A stretch of DNA of 64,000 bases from an uncultured Candidatus Rokubacteria bacterium (GTDB lineage: Bacteria; Methylomirabilota; Methylomirabilia; Rokubacteriales; CSP1-6), in the NCBI GenBank assembly GCA_963758635.1, contig CAVWWD010000004.1, forward strand, positions 311,384 to 375,383, in the 5' to 3' direction. The notes beneath the pieces are model-generated. The model was not told where the DNA came from. It ran no database searches and was given only the letters and a program-made list of their open reading frames with translations. Each line of letters starts with the position of its first letter. Within the stretch, counting starts at the first letter, position 1. A program made the translations under genes and the position numbers. This document shows, one piece after another, positions 60,439 to 64,000 of the stretch.

Positions 60439-61303
60439 TCACATCGTCGCGTTGATCAAAGTACGGAAATCACTTTCCCGAAGGACTCTCAGTGGCTGAC
60501 CCTTCTGTATGAGACTCTCGGCCTTTCGATGCTTCGAGCTTTTCTCGTGACCGCCCAACCTGCGAATGTCTTGGTCTCCAACGACGAGAAGGGTCACCGT
60601 TTGGCCTACCGAACCAACGACGTCGCAGCCTGCGGCCGCCGCCAGGTCGGCTGCCTCGCGCCGCGGAACTGAAAGTGTCCCCGTAAACACGACGATTTCG
60701 CCGGCCAGCCGCCCGTCTCGACTGCCCTCCCGAGTAATCGAAGAGCTATAGAGCTACCATCGATCGGATTGGTTGATCGGACAACCCAGTCGTCCACGCT
60801 GAGAGCCGAGTCAGCGAGAGACGGAGCAGGACAAGTCCCGCGGCTCGGGCGTCCTCTTCGGCATCATGGTGGCGAAACTCTATCCCACACCACGAGGCAA
60901 TGTCAGCAAGCCCATAACCCCGCTGTGAGAACTGGGGCCACGCCCGCCGCGTCACCCGGGCGGTGTCCAGCCAGGTGCACTGAGGGGCCGGCATCCCATA
61001 TCGCTCGTGAGCTCTGCCAAGAGCGACACGGTCAAATGGCAGGTGCGAAACGACTACATGGCCGCCGAGGCGGGTCTGCAACGTGCCCACGATATCGGAG
61101 AAGCGAGGCGCGCCTGCCACCGAGTGCTCATCGATGCCGTGTATTGAGACATTTACCGCGTCGAACTCGTCTTCAGGATCTACCAGAGTCTTCCAAGAGT
61201 CGGCGACCTCGCCGTTGGAGAAGCTGACCACGCCGATCTGGCAAATGCTTGCCAGGTCCGCATTCGCTGTCTCGACGTCTATCGCGACAAATCGGTGTGA
61301 CAT
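60439..61303 (-). CDS. DEDDh 3'-5' exonuclease (DnaQ-like) fused to BRCT domain; frameshifted
   Basis: AIDVETAN and HHDAEEDA exonuclease motifs; VVFTGTL...R.EA...A...G...LLVVG...SSK BRCT pattern. Confidence 0.85.
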
Positions 61304-61319
61304 CGCTGTTGCTCCTATC

Positions 61320-61377
61320 GCCTAACAGTCAGCCTCAGCTCCGGCCGCAGGCCGTCGGCTGGATGCTGTGGTCAGCC
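61320..61377 (-). other. attC-like integron cassette recombination site
   Basis: 58 nt imperfect palindrome, minus strand GGCTGAC...GTTAGGC, followed directly by RBS and ATG of the exonuclease gene. Confidence 0.6.
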
Positions 61378-61495
61378 TGAGTCCACAAACCTCCACACAC
61401 AGGGCTCGTCTGCCAGCCCAGTCCGCTCGAGAGCCGCAAGCTCTCCGCCACTTCGCGTTCGACATATACGAGGCGTGGAACTTCTTCATGTCCGT

Positions 61496-61741
61496 CTAAG
61501 CATTCAGAGCCATCTTCAGTGGCTCGGGGTCGGGATGCCGAGCCTCGTGCTCCCGAATGGCCTGCTGCAGCTGCTCGATCTTGTCCATTACCTGGTCCCG
61601 CTCCTGCATCATCTGCTCCCGGTACTCGCGCTCGAGCTCGTCGATGACGCGCAGCTCGCTCCGGTAGCGTTCGGCCAATTGCGACAGGTCGTTCGACATC
61701 TCGGTGTGCGCGTTCAGCGCTCTCACCATTATTCGATTCAT
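61496..61741 (-). CDS. Hypothetical coiled-coil protein
   Basis: Glu/Gln-rich heptad pattern; GGAG RBS upstream. Confidence 0.5.
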   Translation of the reverse strand: MNRIMVRALNAHTEMSNDLSQLAERYRSELRVIDELEREYREQMMQERDQVMDKIEQLQQAIREHEARHPDPEPLKMALNA

Positions 61742-62979
61742 CTCATCTACTCCATTCCGTTCTGAACAGTAATTAACTGCAGAGGCCCCCCCAGCGGGAG
61801 AAGCCCGCCGGGGGATGTTCACCTCGTAGCTGCGCGCGTCGGGTGTCCCACGTTGCATCCTCCTGGTTCGTGGTTCTGGATCTGGACCCCAGCGCCCGCA
61901 TTGGATGCCCAACTGTTGCGGTGCAAAATGATCGCCAGCTGAAGAACTTCGTCAGATTAAGCACTTAGCGCGTATGATCACTTCCCAGTAACAACGATCC
62001 GAGGGGGCTACAAGCCTGGAGGGATGAAGTCGTGTCGAACGGCGGACGAAGCGAGCCTAGTTCTACGGGTGCTCCCGACATTGGCATCGGAGCGACCGCG
62101 TTCGCCGAAATCGGAACGTCGTCAGAGTCGCGGTGGCCGACGAGGCCATCCTGAGCGTGTTGAGCAGCAGTTGCTGCATGCCGATGCCGTGGCGTCCGGA
62201 CTTCCTCAGGCCCTAGAAGCAATTGGTCTGCAGGCGTTCGAGAAGCGCCAGGATCAGTACGACGATAAGCAGTCTCTCACCGCCGCCCCTTCTTGACGGT
62301 TTTAATAGGAAGCGGCGTTTGCATCACAACCGACGACACGTCGCCGAGGCGGCCCGCAATCATCACGACGCCGCCGGGGCCGTCCCATACATACGTGTCA
62401 GGCATCGGGGGGCGCGGGGTTCTCGGCCGGGCTCCTCACGCTCGGCGCAGCCGATGGCGTCGAGCACGCGGCTGAGGGGGGCATCAAAGGGGACGCTGAG
62501 CGCGTAGCCCTCGAGGATGGCCTGCGCCGCCCAGAGGGCGCGACGGCGGGCGCGGGTGTCAGGGGTCACGGGGTGACGCGGGGCGCAGCGCCAGCCCGTC
62601 GGGGCGTCGAGCGCGGCGGGAACCCTCGCGTAGCCGCGCGCGGCCTGGAACGCGCCAAGGCCGCTCCCACCTCGACAGCGGCACTCGGCTCGCGCGTCAC
62701 CGTTGATCTCCAGGCTCCAGCTGGGTGCGCGGGGGGTGCGTGGACCGCCGCGTTTTGCCGCGATCTGCCGAGGGGGCGCTTCTAAGTTCCTGCGAAGTTA
62801 CGGATGCATCGACCTCCGCTCGAAGTTCAACCCCGCGCTGGGCATCGAGGCCCAGGGCTTCTGCATGTTGGGGTAGGTCGCAGGCTTGCGGAGCATCTGG
62901 CCCCGGCCCCGTGCCCCTCGCCAGGGCCACCGGGTGCGCCTGGGTTGCTGGTCCCCCGTCACATACGCGACGGACAGCG

Positions 62980-63190
62980 AAATGCCGGGGGCGGTCGTCA
63001 GGACATCGCGTTGGATGGCAACAAGCGCAAGCTGTTCTTCGATACGGTGCTCGAGCCGCTGGTGCGGGCCTCCGTGCCGTTCAAGGATCAGATCTTCGCG
63101 TGGGAGGTCATGAACGAGCCGTCATGGCTGATCCGGCCGGGGAAACCGGTCGGGCCGGTCAAGAACGACTCAGTCGTGACCGACGACGTC
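62980..63190 (+). pseudogene. Fragment of a clan GH-A (GH5-like) glycoside hydrolase
   Basis: Reads FFDTVLEPLVRAS...IFAWEVMNEPSW (NEP acid/base motif); no clear start or rest of barrel. Confidence 0.5.
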
Positions 63191-63262
63191 GATCGGACGG
63201 GGCAGGGCGGCGAGCGACTCCAGCCAGCCCACGTACCCGGCCTTGGTCGGGATCCTCCTCTG

Positions 63263-63925
63263 TCAGCCGTGGCGGTCAGCGGGCCGGCGGCCGCGCCGCG
63301 CCGTCCGGCCCGCGGAGAGCGTGCCGCCGGTCGCCGCGCCATAGCGGAGCCGGCGGGTCAGGCGCACGGCGAGGACGCCCAGGATCACCGCCGGCCCGGC
63401 GAGGACGATCAGGCGCACGGCCTGTCCGCGCTCCAGCACGGTGGTGCCGAAGAGGTGACCGGCGCCGATCCAGAGTGTGGTGTACGCCAGCGTGCCGATC
63501 ACGTCGAACGCGAGGAACCGCCAGTACGGGAGGTGGCCGGCCCCGGAGAGCACGGCGGCGAAGAGCCGGACGCCCACCGAGAAGCGGCCGAACAGCACGG
63601 CCATCGCCCCGAACCGCGTGAACGCGGCAGTGGTCTTCTCCACGCAACGCTCGGAGCCGAGCGACACCCGGCAGTACCACGCGAGCAGGCGCGTGCCACC
63701 CAGCGCCCCGGCGGCGTACAGCGCGTGGTCGCCGATGACCAGGCCGGCCGTGCCGAGGAGGACGAGGAGCCCCAGGTCGCTCCAGCGGTCCGCGACGGCG
63801 CCGGCCACCACCAGCACGAGACGCCCGGGGAAGGGAAAGCCCGTGGCGTCGATCATCCCGGATACCAGGACGAGCGTGAGCTGGTGCCGCTCGAACCAGT
63901 CGAGACCGGGCTGGAGCCACTCCAT
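63263..63925 (-). CDS. DedA family membrane protein
   Basis: GFPFPG, GDHALY..G, FGRF..GVR and RFLAFD motifs. Confidence 0.9.
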   Translation of the reverse strand: MEWLQPGLDWFERHQLTLVLVSGMIDATGFPFPGRLVLVVAGAVADRWSDLGLLVLLGTAGLVIGDHALYAAGALGGTRLLAWYCRVSLGSERCVEKTTAAFTRFGAMAVLFGRFSVGVRLFAAVLSGAGHLPYWRFLAFDVIGTLAYTTLWIGAGHLFGTTVLERGQAVRLIVLAGPAVILGVLAVRLTRRLRYGAATGGTLSAGRTARRGRRPADRHG

Positions 63926-64000
63926 CACGGGTCAGGATACGCCAGGCGTCCCGGTGGCCGCCGTCCACTTCTTTCACCGCGGGCGGGCACACGTGACAAA

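Larger units (their letters stand above)
52536..63200. mobile_element. tRNA-Glu-anchored phage-like island or defective prophage; right boundary uncertain
   Basis: Integrase at the tRNA, XRE regulator, terminase genes, small hypothetical ORFs and lower-GC patches; host-like dedA resumes at 63263. Confidence 0.7.

Noticed and set aside
62561..62576. ggggtcac match to the tRNA-Glu 3' end as a possible attR
   Set aside because: Only 8 bp, expected by chance at this GC content, and without the terminal CA

Overview
A very GC-rich bacterial chromosome segment. The gene content (dcw cluster followed by pgeF-yggS-proC-yggT-divIVA, several orphan ABC substrate-binding paralogs, a zinc-ribbon/cyclase/AAA/TPR protein) suggests Candidatus Rokubacteria (Methylomirabilota), which is an inference. 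In order: 1-19 kb, a cell-wall/division cluster with no murG or ddl at their usual positions and a pair of inverted ~146-nt covarying hairpin elements between ftsZ and pgeF. 19-29 kb, a SagB-type oxidoreductase and a stand-alone A-T-C-A-T-TE NRPS. 29-38 kb, aminotransferase, phosphatase, hisZ, purA and a STAND-type cyclase. 38.7-39.6 kb, tRNA-Lys with a ~0.9-kb residual island (BrnT/BrnA pair) closed by a copy of the tRNA 3' end. 39.8-52.3 kb, ackA, phosphoketolase, a sugar ABC system and an amidase/CoA-ligase/TAXI/LLM operon. 52.5-63 kb, a tRNA-Glu-anchored phage-like island with a large serine recombinase reading into the tRNA, an XRE regulator, terminase small and large subunits with no visible capsid or portal, and a DEDDh-BRCT gene beside an attC-like site. 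Many genes carry single-base frameshifts, probably long-read errors, so several boundaries are approximate. All calls come from reading the sequence and motif recognition; no database searches were run.
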